Source of the DNA: Octopus vulgaris | Taxonomy: Eukaryota | NCBI GenBank assembly: GCA_951406725.2 | Contig: OX597815.1 | Location: forward strand, 104,284,001 to 104,348,000 | Direction: 5' to 3' | Length of the DNA: 64,000 nt | Part shown: piece by piece, positions 52,186 through 64,000 of the stretch | Layout: the number at the start of each line of letters is the position of its first letter | Numbering within the stretch: the first letter of the stretch is position 1 | The notes under the pieces: model-generated | Seen by the model: the letters and a program-made list of their open reading frames with translations, nothing else | The model's database searches: none | Told to the model about the DNA's origin: nothing | Made by a program: the position numbers and the translations under genes

Positions 52186-54421
52186 GTAAGTTCTCTTTTC
52201 TTCTTTCTGATAATTGATAATTTTTTCTGTATCTTAGAGTTGGAAAGTGCTACATGCCTGTAGCACTTTTCCAATGGTTCTGGGGCAAATGGTGAGGGAA
52301 AAGAAGTAAAAACTACAATTAAATATGAAATGCATCCAAGGACCAAGTTGAAATGTTAAACCGAGTGATTGGTTAGGATTCTAACTTTATTGCTTGTTCA
52401 TTAGATTATTCAAGATTTACTATTCTTGTTGGATGGAAATGTAATTTTTATCATTTTAATGTCTTACAAAAGTTTCCTTGGATTGGATAGGTTTGGTGTA
52501 CAACATATCATTTATCTCAATCTCACTTCATCTTTACCTTATGGCTAGGTACCTTGAGATAAAACTTTACTGCTTTCTATCTTTCACAATGAGTACATAG
52601 TACACTTTTACTCAACATTCCTTGGCCATATAGAAAATAGGTTGCAGAGAGGTTATATATTTCCCTTATTTTCTATAGATCTCCAAATGTGTGAACCTCT
52701 TCCAACCTGGTTTTGCTATAATTTGAAGCAATTATGTTTTCTTCAAAAGATAGACAGCAATGAATTCAAACAAAAAGAAGTCTAAGATGACTGGATTAGT
52801 AAAAATAGGGTTTGCATAAAATTGCTTATACATATATTTGTGAATATAAGTTCAAACATGTAGAAACAGCTTTATGCATATGTTCTTGACTTTAAACGTT
52901 TGTGTTATGTGGTGAGAGGAGATAGCAGCCGAGACAAATGAAAAGGTAAAATGTGTTTAATCTGAAGAAAATAGCAGAAAATAGAATTTGTGAATTGACA
53001 TCTTGTTGAGCTTTAATGTGAGTGAACAAGTGGTCAATTCTTTAAAATGATGCTGCTCTACTGTATGATGCTTGGAAAACCAAATCAAAGACTTACTACT
53101 ATCCTGTTTATGTGAGACAAAGTGTTCCACTTCATATATCCAAAATGACTGCCAGAATATTGTAGTCTTTTTTTTTTTTAACACTTATCCCTCTACTTTT
53201 GTTGTGGCATCACTTCTCACAATTAGATTAAAGATCACCCAATGGTAGAAATTATTACTTTAACGGTTTCCACATTACTATCCAACTTAACAGAAATATC
53301 TGCACAAGGTGACCTGAACATTTGTATAGGCAAGACCAAAGTTAAACAACTTTGTTACCACAGAAAAACCAGTTTATATTAAGGATGATTCACTTGAGGA
53401 AAATCCAAGCTTTACATACTCAGGTAACCTCAACCATTCAGGCAGTGCTGATGCTGGCAAGAAAGCCAGGATTGTCAAAGCATGAATTCTGTTCCTTCTG
53501 TTGAATGACATCTGTAAGTTAAGACTAATTCCCAGGAACACGAAGAGCTATGTCTTCAATTCAAATGTGGAGACATGCAGATATATCAAAATCAGTCTTA
53601 AAAACAACCAGACCTTCAGCTACTGCCACTGAATATATTAAGAATCTATTAGCCAAAGAAAATCAATGATAAATCCTTATGAGAGCATACCAAACAGACT
53701 ATTAACATGGAGATCAAACGAAGAATATAGCACAGGATTACATATACATTCAGAAGACCCTGGCAGAACATTGCCTGTTAGTTTTTCAAATAGAATCTCC
53801 GTAGGAAGCAAGGAAACCATAAAGATCTGGATGTAGTAGGAAGCAATTAGCAAGGAAGATCCAGGACAGGGATGACTGGAGAAACCAAGAACCATGGTGA
53901 AGATGAACTGATAGAAAACATTGGATCTGAGTTGTGTTATAGAAAGTAAATATTTTCTCTCAACATACTCGATGCTATCATTGTTTTAATATCCGCTATT
54001 CCATGCTTGCATGGGTCAGACGAAGTTTAAAGCAGATTTTTAACTGCAGGTGGCCTTTTTTATAGCCAACCTTTTCTTGTTTTTAAGCAAGGTAATATGT
54101 TCACACAAAATGTCGGAAATGAATGATACTGCTTATTTGACATTGACATGAATCATGTCAGGGCTATAGAAGATATTTGTCCCCAGTACTATACCAGGGG
54201 AATGAACCCGAAACCATGTAGTTAGGAAGTAAACTTAGCCACACGGCCATACCTGTGCTGATTTCAATATATCTAAACATATTAAACATAAAACTTTTTA
54301 TTCGTCTCTGGAAGTTATTAATATCACCTATCATATCTAAGTAGAAGAGAGGAGTTGATTGCTGCTGATCTGGAGATAAACAAACTGAGAATGTAAATAA
54401 AATTTTACTTCTATTTTTCAG

Positions 54422-54679
54422 TTACTTGAACTATCAAATTCGCCAAGCAGCTCATGAAAGAAGCAGTGCTGCTGATAAACTTCAAAGCCTGGTTATTCGT
54501 AGCTTGACTTGCCTTCCAAGTCGAGTGGAGACCTCTACTTCTCGATACTGGCATGACCACCAGCATCATAACAAAATCATTGATCTTTATATTAACTGTC
54601 TGGAATCAACTGAACAGAAGATGGCTGCTTATGATAAATTCCTTACTATCATGCCTAACAATATTGAACTCATACTCAG
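54422..54679 (+). CDS. ZFC3H1: ZFC3H1 exon 28
   Basis: ttttcag|T ... AG|gtaatg; LVIRSLTCLPSR...HNKIIDLYINCL. Confidence 0.88.
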
Positions 54680-54845
54680 GTAATGTCCATTTCATTTATA
54701 TATGTATATATATAAATATGTGCACTTTATGAATATACTTGAAAATTCTTTATAGTATACAAGAAATAATATTCATATTCAAAATATTTCTACTTGATTT
54801 TGTAAATTTTTGCAAATTATTCTCTCTTTTCATCCTTTTAACCAG

Positions 54846-54947
54846 AGCTGTTGACCTGGCTGTGAGCTGTAATGATATGTGGAGAGCTTTATCATTTTGT
54901 CAAACTGGGGTCCATGAAAAACTTCCTTGTATCAGTTTGTGGAACAA
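54846..54947 (+). CDS. ZFC3H1: ZFC3H1 exon 29
   Basis: accag|A ... AA|gtaaga; KLPCISLWNK. Confidence 0.85.
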
Positions 54948-55369
54948 GTAAGAAACCTATTTAACCATTTATTCACTGGTTATTCCTTATATTATTATAA
55001 AAACCAGTACTATGATGGTAGTTAACCAATGTGAAATGATCACATTTTAACATCAAGGGAACTGGAAGTCGGGGTTTAGTTGAAAATTTTTTCTGTAAAG
55101 CTGAAGCCAGTTTTATAGGCTTTGATTGCATTAAGTATTGTATGATTTTTAAATGTATTCTTATAGCCAATTTTTTAATTTGGACTTGTTTACTGTTTTA
55201 TCTTAATACTATTGTCAGTAAGGGTGATTTTTCTATGATTTATTTATCCCTTCTCAGTGAAAGACAATTTCTCAAAAGAAATACATTTTGATTGTTGTGT
55301 AATATGTTATTGAGAATAGACATTTGAAATGTGAATTATCTTTACTAATATTGTGCTGTTTACTTTCAG

Positions 55370-55409
55370 AGTAACTGCATTGACAGTCCTTAGATGTAGC
55401 CAGATTGAG
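55370..55409 (+). CDS. ZFC3H1: ZFC3H1 exon 30 (40-nt small exon)
   Basis: ctttcag|A ... GAG|gttagt; required to convert phase 2 to phase 0. Confidence 0.8.
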
Positions 55410-58400
55410 GTTAGTAATTTCTCAACGTAACTCTGTTTCCTTACACTAGAGTAGGTTAGTGCCAAATATGAAAAAAAAAATGTTACTGTGATATAGATTT
55501 AATATACCTATATTGATGATAATAATGAGAATCTGTAATATAGGCACAGTTTTATATTTGTAGAGAGAAAAAGAAATTGAATAATTACTAAGCAAGTACT
55601 TATAATTTTGCTTTTCTGGAGCAGACTCCTTGGAGATCTTTTTGATCTTTGTCAGTATTTTAGATTTCCTCTTTAAATTTATTAATTGAATTATCAAAGT
55701 AATTGTATATACTTGTGTTTGTAGAATATTTATGTAAATATAAAATATGACCCTTTTTTATTATTATTAGACTATCAGTTTTTCAGTATTTTTATGAAGC
55801 ATTCTTGTTAAATCTTAGTAATATCTGGTCTTGTGTTCTTGATTTGCAATCATTTTGTAGTATTTAAGTTTTTATTGTAATGGTTTCAAATAATTTGATA
55901 AAGAAATAGCTAAAAAAATCTCTTTGATTCGATTCTTTAACTGAAATTTAAATTAGTTTATTATTTCATCTCCACTGAACTCACACTTACTACTAATTAT
56001 ACTTCACAAAATTTCAATGAGATGAAAATTAAATGTTCAAAAACATGTGGATATTGAATTTGTGTGAGTTTTGTGGCTTCCTTCTTCAGATCTTATTAAT
56101 CACAACAGACTGAAGAAAACTGTTTCTAGACACAACTTGCTGTTTTGTTGAATTTTTTTTTCCTGTTTTATGTTTGTTGTTTATTTTATATGTTAATTTA
56201 TCCCAAGTTTCAAGTGTAATAGGGAATGGAAGCATGATGTCTTACCAATCAGCTGTCACAGCAGATTTTCTCTGCATTGGCTATGGAAAAATCTACATCC
56301 CAAAAGAATAGGCTTCTTCAGAACCAGCTTTGACCTACTTGTTGATTCCCTCTGCTGTTAAACATGCACACTCAAACACACCCATTTTATACTGCATTAA
56401 CCTATATTCCTCCAGATAATCCATTCTGTATATTAGCAAAGATTCACTCAGCGAAACTTTTTTTTACCTTTGATATGGATGTACTATCACTTTTCTGACC
56501 TTTCTACCACAACTGTAACAATCCCTAGTTTTCGAACTGGCAAATTATCCCCACCTACATCCAAGCCCACTTAATTCACCCAACTCCAATTCTTGTCATC
56601 TCTGTGTGTCACCCATAAATTCTTAGGCTCTCTCATCTTCCCAGAATTACAACCAAATGAAGCCACTTCTCAAAATACAGCCAACACCAATACAATGTCA
56701 GTTAATTCCCCAACTTCCTTATAAAACTTTAAGTGACTCAAGAGCCTAGAGTTTTGTGCATGATACTTATTAAAACTTTAATAAGTGCCTGGCACAGCTG
56801 TCTATTCTTAAGTTATTTATGTAGCTTCATAGCATTAGAAATATGTATGTCCTACTTGGTGTATTGAATTCCATTTCTCCTGTTAAGAAGTTTTAAAGCA
56901 TTCTGGTTAGATCATATCAGGGTCACCAGTAGAAAATAATGTATAGGCTGTCAAAGATTACAGCAATTTCTTCATTTTCCACATTTCAGTTGTAGTGTAG
57001 ACCTTATCTGGTCTTAGTGAGTACAATAATTCAAAGTAATATAATCCCAGTTAAATAACATGTTCTTATAAAGACCATAAAACTACAGGTTTGAAAATTA
57101 CAATGTTTGTAAGAGAAAGGTTTATTTAAATCATCATCATCGAATATTTGTTTTCTAAGCTAGCATAGGTTGGATAGTTTGACAGGCTCTGATGAGCTGC
57201 AGGTCTGTGTCAGGCTTCAATATCTACTCTGGCACAGTTTCTATGGCTAGATGCCCTTCTTGATGCTAACCACTTTACAGAATGTACTGGGTACTTTCTT
57301 TCATGACTCTGGCACTGAGGTCACCACGCAACTTAAAATAAAGGGGGGAAAAAAACCTTGATTGAGTGAGAATGTATTTGGGAGGAGTGGAGGTGGCTTT
57401 ATGCCTGGCATTGAAGGCTGAAGTATGATAGAGAGAGAGAGGGAGAGAGAGTGAGAAGCACAGGTGTTTGCAAAATCAATTGGGTAGTTGTATGTTGTAG
57501 AAAATGTATTATATGTAGTGCTTGTGAATTATAGTTGTTTTTGGAATGTTACACTAATTAGTGACTAATATCTGTGGTGAAAACAGAGAGAAAAAATACC
57601 TTTAATGGAAAGCTGCAGGAAATGAGATAATACAAATTGTTATTCTTTCAACTTAAAATGTCTAATATGGCTGACTGAAAAGATTGTCAGTGACACTGAC
57701 AATCTGATTATAGAACATTATCATCATCATTTTACTGTCCACTTTTCCATACTAGCACAAGTCAGACAATTGGTTGAAACAGATTTTCTATGACCAGATA
57801 CTACCCTCTCTTGTTTCTGTGAAAGTTTATATTTCCCCATAGCCAGGCAATTGAAAGGAATGACATTAGTTGGGTGGTGACACTTATTTACTATTGGCGT
57901 TAGGCAGGGCATCCAGTCGTAGAAACACTGCCAGATCTGACTGGGCCTGATGAAGCCTTCTGGCTTCACAGACCCCAGTTGAACCGTCCAACCCATGCTA
58001 GCATGGAAAACGGACGCTAAACGATGATGATGATGATGATGTGGAAGTTAAGACAAGGAGACACAAATATTCATTCAAACACGCATATACACATTTTATA
58101 AAATGGACTCCTGTCTGTTTTCATCTACAAAATCCTCTCACAAGGCTTTAGCTGGCCTTGGGGTATAGTAGAAGACACTTGCCCCAAAGTGCCACCCAAT
58201 GAGACTGAATGCAAAACCATATGGTTGGGAAGCAAATTTCTTAACCACAGGCATGCCTGTGTAGCTATAATTATTGCAGCTTTCATTTCTTGTGGCTGTA
58301 AAGGTGTTGATTTCTGATTGCAATGCTTTGCATAATAATTTGTTGGAGGATGTGTCACTTTTAACAACTGCTGAAGCTACAAATAGCATGTTGATTGTAA

Positions 58401-59481
58401 AATAAAATAAAAATGGCTTAAGTTTTGATAACGTTCTTCTCACTGCAGAGTTGGAGTGGACTAAACGGCAAGAACTAATTAATGAAAGCTACTGCTTTTA
58501 AAGATACTTAGGATTACTTTTATCTATTTCTTCCCGGAATGAAACTTGGCACATAAGCTTTAATTATTTTACACTGACAACCAACAATTACCAGCACCAT
58601 ATATATAGCTAGCATTTCTTTTATGAAGAGGAGGAGGGCAGCACCAATAACCATAAGGTCAATGTTGGAAAAGGGAAGAAGAAACTATGATTTGATGCTT
58701 ATTGAAGTAAGAAGATCAAACACCTAACATATGTACATTTAAATAACTGCAACCATTTGGTTAATTTATTTTGCATTACCATCATGTTCCTGCAGAATAT
58801 GCTGACACTGCACTGCTTCCGCTGAGACATTACTAAAGTGAAAGGAAAACTTGGAAAAGAATTAAGAATATAGGAAACCATTTAAACCTGATTTTCAGCA
58901 CAGTTTTATATGATAGCCCTAACAGCATCTAGTATAGTTGGATGATGGAGAGTAGATTGTTAGTATTGCTAAATTATATCCAGATTGGCTGTTCTTGTGT
59001 ATAACTTGGAATTTTATTAGTCTTTCTTGAACTATAAAATCCTGTTATACACTCTAACTTAATCATGATCATGATCAGTAATGAGATAATGTTATTGTTT
59101 TTTTGTAAATCTGGTAAACTGTTGTCATATCTGAGATAGTATTAGATATGCTGCACCAAGATTAAGCCGAGTTAGCAAATAATAAATTTTTGTATTTATC
59201 TAAATATATAACAATCGCTTAACAATGCACCATTTAAAGATTATTTGCTACTCTTCTGAGTATCTTCCATGTCTCTGTTCTCTACAAATGAATTCTTGGT
59301 AGACTTTTTCTAAAGTGAGTTATTTAGCCTTGTAACTTAAGTCTCTGGTCTAAACATTTATTAAATGAAACCAAATGAGCTCAGACATTATTTTGTCTCT
59401 TTTCTTTCAATATTCATGTATAATATATATTCAGTATTTGAATTTTCTCCATGGATCAGTCATTATCCACTCTGCTTGCAG

Positions 59482-59544
59482 GTGCAACAATTATTTATCA
59501 AAGCTGTCCGAGTGCTACCCTATGCTGTATCATTGTGGAAACAT
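59482..59544 (+). CDS. ZFC3H1: ZFC3H1 exon 31
   Basis: ttgcag|GTG ... CAT|gtaaca; VQQLFIKAVRVLPYAVSLWKH. Confidence 0.85.
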
Positions 59545-60212
59545 GTAACAAAGATTTTTATCAATTTTTAACCCTCTCCCTCCATTCAGTAGTCCTCAGT
59601 CTAGTTTAGTTGGTTGGTGGGGACATGTATATAGTTATTAAATTATTTTGTCTTGCTAAAAGCTAGTTATTATTGATACCAACCAGTATTAAATTCTTCA
59701 TTACTCACCTTTTTTTTTTCTAATAAATTCTTTTGGACAAAAATAAATTAAATTTACAAATAACATTTAAAAAAAAATTAGCTTATGTATTTCGTTTGTA
59801 GAAACCAGTTAGCTTTTATTTCCATTTTCATTCTCTTTTAAATAAACCAATCCATTTTTGCAATTTCATTTTCCTTGTATTTCCTCCTTGATGAATGTTC
59901 TTTACCAAGTCTGATTAAGTAATGGTTTTAAGTTACCAATCTTTGTATATATCTTAGTTATATATACTTGACACTGAATCACCATTGTATGTTGACATAT
60001 TTTTCTTGAATTGTGTTTTTTCTCAACTTAAAATTTGTATATTTATATTTGTCCAACTTCTTTGATTATTGAAACCAAAACTTTCTTTAGATCAGTGATT
60101 TAAAGTATTGTACTTCTTTTTTTTACTAGTTAATATGTAAGGTCAAAAGAAAAAGCAGCTACAGTGTAGTTTATCTTAAGAGTCGGCCATTCTATCAGCA
60201 GAGAAAATAGTA

Positions 60213-60253
<41 letters not shown>

Positions 60254-60759
60254 AAATTATTATTTGAGGGAATAAAATTTATTTATTTACTTTATTTATT
60301 TATTCACTTTAATTTTCTAGATGGTGTAATTTAATTGTTCATTTTGAATTGATAAAAGGTGTTTTTTTTTCTAATTTTATATATATATATATATTGGTAA
60401 AAACGGTAAAATAACAAAAGAAAGAAAGAGACCTCAATATTATGTAAATAGAGGAATTTGTATGTATCTGTAAATATATGTGACAATTATCCGGCCAGAT
60501 AACTGAAGAGATGGTGGTGTGGATTTCCACCTTGGCATCCGAAACTCAGAGTTTTATCTTGGCTACTGAATAATTGTCACATATTATATTTACAGATATA
60601 TATATTTTAATTATATATTTCTGAACTTAGAGTCCAAGATACTTTAGTAAATATATAATTGTAGATATCTGTTGATAACCATTGTTTTAGTTCCTTTTCT
60701 TCATTATCTTATTCTCACTTTATATTTTTTTCATTTTCTGTTTATTTATCTTTATCTAG

Positions 60760-60873
60760 TTCCTGTTGTTCGAAGTGACTATTGGAGCCAAGTCCAATGT
60801 GCTGCAGATTATCCAGCGTTGTCAGCAGCTTGGACTCAATATTGATGGCTTTGTGAAGACAATTTCCAGGTGA
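60760..60873 (+). CDS. ZFC3H1: ZFC3H1 terminal coding exon
   Basis: tttatctag|TTC ... FLLFEVTIGAKSNVLQIIQRCQQLGLNIDGFVKTISR TGA. Confidence 0.88.
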   Translation, partial: FLLFEVTIGAKSNVLQIIQRCQQLGLNIDGFVKTISR

Positions 60874-60880
60874 CAGGCAG

Positions 60881-60897
60881 TAAATAAATAAATAAAA
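60881..60897 (+). promoter_or_regulatory. Overlapping AATAAA polyadenylation-signal candidates just after the stop codon (another at ~61328)
   Basis: taaataaataaataaaa; actual cleavage site not determinable from DNA. Confidence 0.35.
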
Positions 60898-61925
60898 GAT
60901 AAACTTTTACTTCCTACTTTGAAAACCACAGCAAACTGAGATTAGAGAATCTGGAAGTATTTTAGCTTTCAGCAACATTACTAGTTGGATCTTTATGCTT
61001 TCTTTTCTGGCACTTTACTAATGTGACTGGTTAAGGAAAGCAAGTATATTTGTATAAATTTTGAAAGCAAACCCTTTTAGTAATATTTAAAAAGTTAATG
61101 TTTGACATCCATCACAGTATTACTGTGTTGGTAAAGCTAAACAAATCTCAGTTTTTCTGTTATATGGGTCTATTATGGCCACTGGTATTCACTACAGGCT
61201 AGTTACTACTACTGCTACAACAAGCTGAATTCATTCCTGGTCTCTTGCTGTCACTGCTGAATAGTGCTGGTAATGTTACTAAACCACAGTAAGTATTATG
61301 TTCCTCTACTTCCTTTACTTCAAAAAGAATAAAAGAAAAGAAAATGCAAGATGCTGTTTACTCAAAATCCAAGTAGATCTAACAGCATCCATGTATTTCA
61401 TGTATAGGATTAATTTCTCCCTTCTTTGCAGATTATCTGATGTTGTCTTTTAAACTCTAATGATTAATTGCTCAATGTCTGGAAAGATGAATATTGAATA
61501 CTTGAAATATTTGGCAATATTTACCAAATTCTGTGTATGAGTATGATTGCAATGCAATGGCAACTACTTAACATAAAAAACAAATTTCACTTGTTGAGTA
61601 TGAATACATTCTCTTGTGCAAAAGATAAAATGACTGCGTGTGGATGCCTGAGTGTATGTATTTGAAAGTTGGACCTGATGAAGCTAACTATATGTAAATG
61701 GTTGAACTTTCATTGTTGAACTTTAGCTGTCTTCTTGCTATATTGTAGTTGCTTCTCGGTTTCATAGTTAACTACTCAATAACCTCATCAAGAGTTTCAT
61801 GATTTTTTTTATATATATATTAATGCCCTAATCAAATTTCTATTCTCAGGTTTTAATTAAAAATTTTCACTGTAAATAATCTTTGATAAAAAAGGCTGTG
61901 AATGAACTTACAGGATATATATATT

Positions 61926-61956
<31 letters not shown>

Positions 61957-62369
61957 CATATACATAAATCATTGTTTAGAAAATGAAACCGTACCTATAT
62001 TATATTTCAAAAAAGAAAAAAAAATACATTGCAACAAATTATGAACCAAAAGAAATGTTATATATTGAGATTTGAAAAAGAAAGGAAAATTCTAAGAAGA
62101 AAAAAGAAAACAAAAAGAAACTGGCATTAAATTTCTGAGATTTTTGAGCATTATCAAATGACCAACAGTGCTGATCATTACTGGTTCCAGATTGTTGAAT
62201 ATACTTGGTCATTTCTCTGACTGACTTGATGAAAGAAAGATAAACAAAAGCATCTAATATCAGTTTGACATAATGCCAATCTACCTCAATGAAGGCCCAC
62301 TTCACACGGATAACTGTTCTTGAAGCAGAGTAGGAGAAGTACTTGCTCTTTCTTTTACTCTCTGTCTGC

Positions 62370-62372
<3 letters not shown>

Positions 62373-62406
<34 letters not shown>

Positions 62407-62420
62407 CACACACACACACT
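62373..62420 (+). repeat. (CT)n(CA)n compound microsatellite
   Basis: Direct reading. Confidence 0.9.
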
Positions 62421-62999
62421 CACCTCCCTAAGTCAGAATGTTTTCATATACTGTATATGGCCCCTAAATTAAGATCTTATTTTCTTTGTGATCTTTTGGA
62501 AATATCTTTATTGTCATTATTGCCCCTCTATATTCTAAATTCATATGGCTATACCTATCTTAGGTCTTATCCCTAGTGTAAATGATATGAAATGGAAAAC
62601 AATTTAAGTTGTTCAAAGTTTTAACAAATTATGTCAGGTTTTCTTAGAGATATCCTAGCTTTATTATTATTGGCAGTTTATCTGCAAATCTTTTTTTTTT
62701 TCTCTTTATTTTATTTTATTTTTTTTTTATTAACTTGTCTTTAACAGCCATTATAATCATTCTCTGACTTATCCCTGCAGTTTATCTCTACATATAGTCT
62801 TTATCATCTTATCCATTTCACAACCTTCTACGATGTGGTTTGATATTCTGCCTCACTCTTCTACGAGTTCATATATGATATTATTGGTAGTGCAACAGTC
62901 CCAGTCACACTCATTTTAATGGTATAATGGATACTTTGACATTTTTTTTCTCAATCTTTATCTATTACTCTCCTACTCTGCATATATGAAGATTCATAC

Positions 63000-63015
63000 A
63001 TATGTGAGTGTGTGC

Positions 63016-63088
<73 letters not shown>

Positions 63089-63125
63089 GTGTGTGTGTTT
63101 GTATATGTATACATATGTATATACT
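63000..63125 (+). repeat. (TA)n/(TG)n compound microsatellite
   Basis: Direct reading. Confidence 0.9.
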
Positions 63126-63224
63126 TATAACAACCAGTAAAAATATTTGCATCATAAAAAAATCTTGTTTGTTATTATTTACTTATTACATGGTTTGTGT
63201 TCATCATCAATATTAATATATTAA

Positions 63225-63429
63225 CCCTTTTAATACCAGCTCAGTTGAGACTGCCGCAAGTTGTCTGATGTAAACTTCCTATTTAAAAATAATCTAAATT
63301 AAAATTTTCCATCAAAGTTTATGTTCCAAATACCATCTTAATGAGTTATTTTACTAAATATTTCATTATTTTCAAAATTTATTGAAACCAAGGCAGTGTA
63401 TTTCAACAAAAATCTGGCAACAAAAGGGG
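63225..63429. mobile_element. piggyBac-derived MITE related to the 9145-10391 element ends
   Basis: TTAA-cccttttaatacc ... gcaacaaaagggg-TTAT; subterminal aattgaaac...gtgtattt similarity. Confidence 0.65.
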
Positions 63430-64000
63430 TTATTATTGTTTCGTAAAGATTTTGTTTCTTAGTCCCATAAATGACTTTTTGGAGCTTTTAGAAGTGGATA
63501 ATGCTTTTGAGTGGGTTGGGTGGGGTCATCATAAATAGATATTTTGTCTTTAGTGTAGATCAGTATGCTAGTAATCAATCAATCCTAAGAGACAAAATAT
63601 CTATTTAAGCTGACACTCAGTAGCATTGAACCTGAAAGTGACAGTTATGAAATGAACTTCACCCCACAGCCAAACTTGCATCCATGATTTGAAATAATGC
63701 CCCTATGGTTCAGCCTGTATTTGTTATAAGAAAGACTCAAACTGAAAGTAATGTAACAAAACAAGTTTATTTTAATTAACAATATTACCATCACATGTTT
63801 CAGATATTTACTTAAATTTTCCTGCTGTAGTATACAAATACTTAGAAAAACAAAGTTTGTACATGAACAAATAATGTGTCAAGAAGTACTCCTGGTTGAT
63901 TTAGTTGATCTGCCTAGGATGATGTCCTTAATGATTGCAATATCTAATATATTACAGTTTACTTAAATGCTATGTTCTATAGAAAAAAAATTAGTTGATA

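Larger units (their letters stand above)
1922..60873 (+). other. ZFC3H1: Multi-exon gene, zinc finger C3H1 domain-containing protein (ZFC3H1-like, PAXT adaptor); 5'-incomplete
   Basis: 32 exons join in frame with consistent phases. Motifs DNYEEVAMEIDSD, PKHPSVVINL, PYKSPLLHFRAYRFSP, CQYDLQGTCNDQQCKSQH, DVRYF, LEAAVLENPQNEQLWLKLAY, LDQALNVLARGLE and SLWKHFLLFE match my recollection of metazoan ZFC3H1 in the same order. Confidence 0.9.

Noticed and set aside
60871-60891. Stop-codon readthrough or selenocysteine at TGA-CAG, with an ATGA...TGA stem at ~61663-61712 as SECIS or hammerhead
   Set aside because: Readthrough would add only about 6 residues. The 3' UTR stem is too short for SECIS geometry and lacks GAAA for a hammerhead.
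62039-62419. 126-aa minus-strand ORF as a convergent gene exon
   Set aside because: Starts in a microsatellite, has no minus-strand acceptor and no recognisable motif.

Overview
AT-rich eukaryotic genomic DNA. The repeat landscape (tRNA-derived SINEs with (GT)n/(AT)n tails, RTE-type LINE tails ending (GAT)n) suggests a cephalopod such as Octopus, which is an inference. Almost the whole window is one + strand multi-exon gene. I traced 32 phase-consistent coding exons from 1922 to a TGA at 60871-60873 (5216 nt, about 1737 codons). They encode a ZFC3H1-like protein (PAXT nuclear-exosome adaptor): acidic/Pro-rich N-terminal half, coiled-coil, one CCCH zinc finger and a helical HAT/TPR-like C-terminus. 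The first exon(s) lie upstream of the window. One intron must be GC-AG and two use AAG acceptors. Introns hold decayed piggyBac, mariner, hAT, Helitron, RTE-LINE, SINE and MITE copies. The most unusual signals are: (1) a ~630-bp foldback element whose two arms each combine a tRNA-like Pol III promoter, an (AAT)n linker and a minimal type-I hammerhead ribozyme motif; (2) a second, unrelated repeat family that also carries a minimal hammerhead; (3) long inverted repeats and perfect hairpins within the pre-mRNA. All calls are by eye with no alignments or database searches. Similarity to human ZFC3H1 is recalled from memory, and repeat boundaries are approximate.
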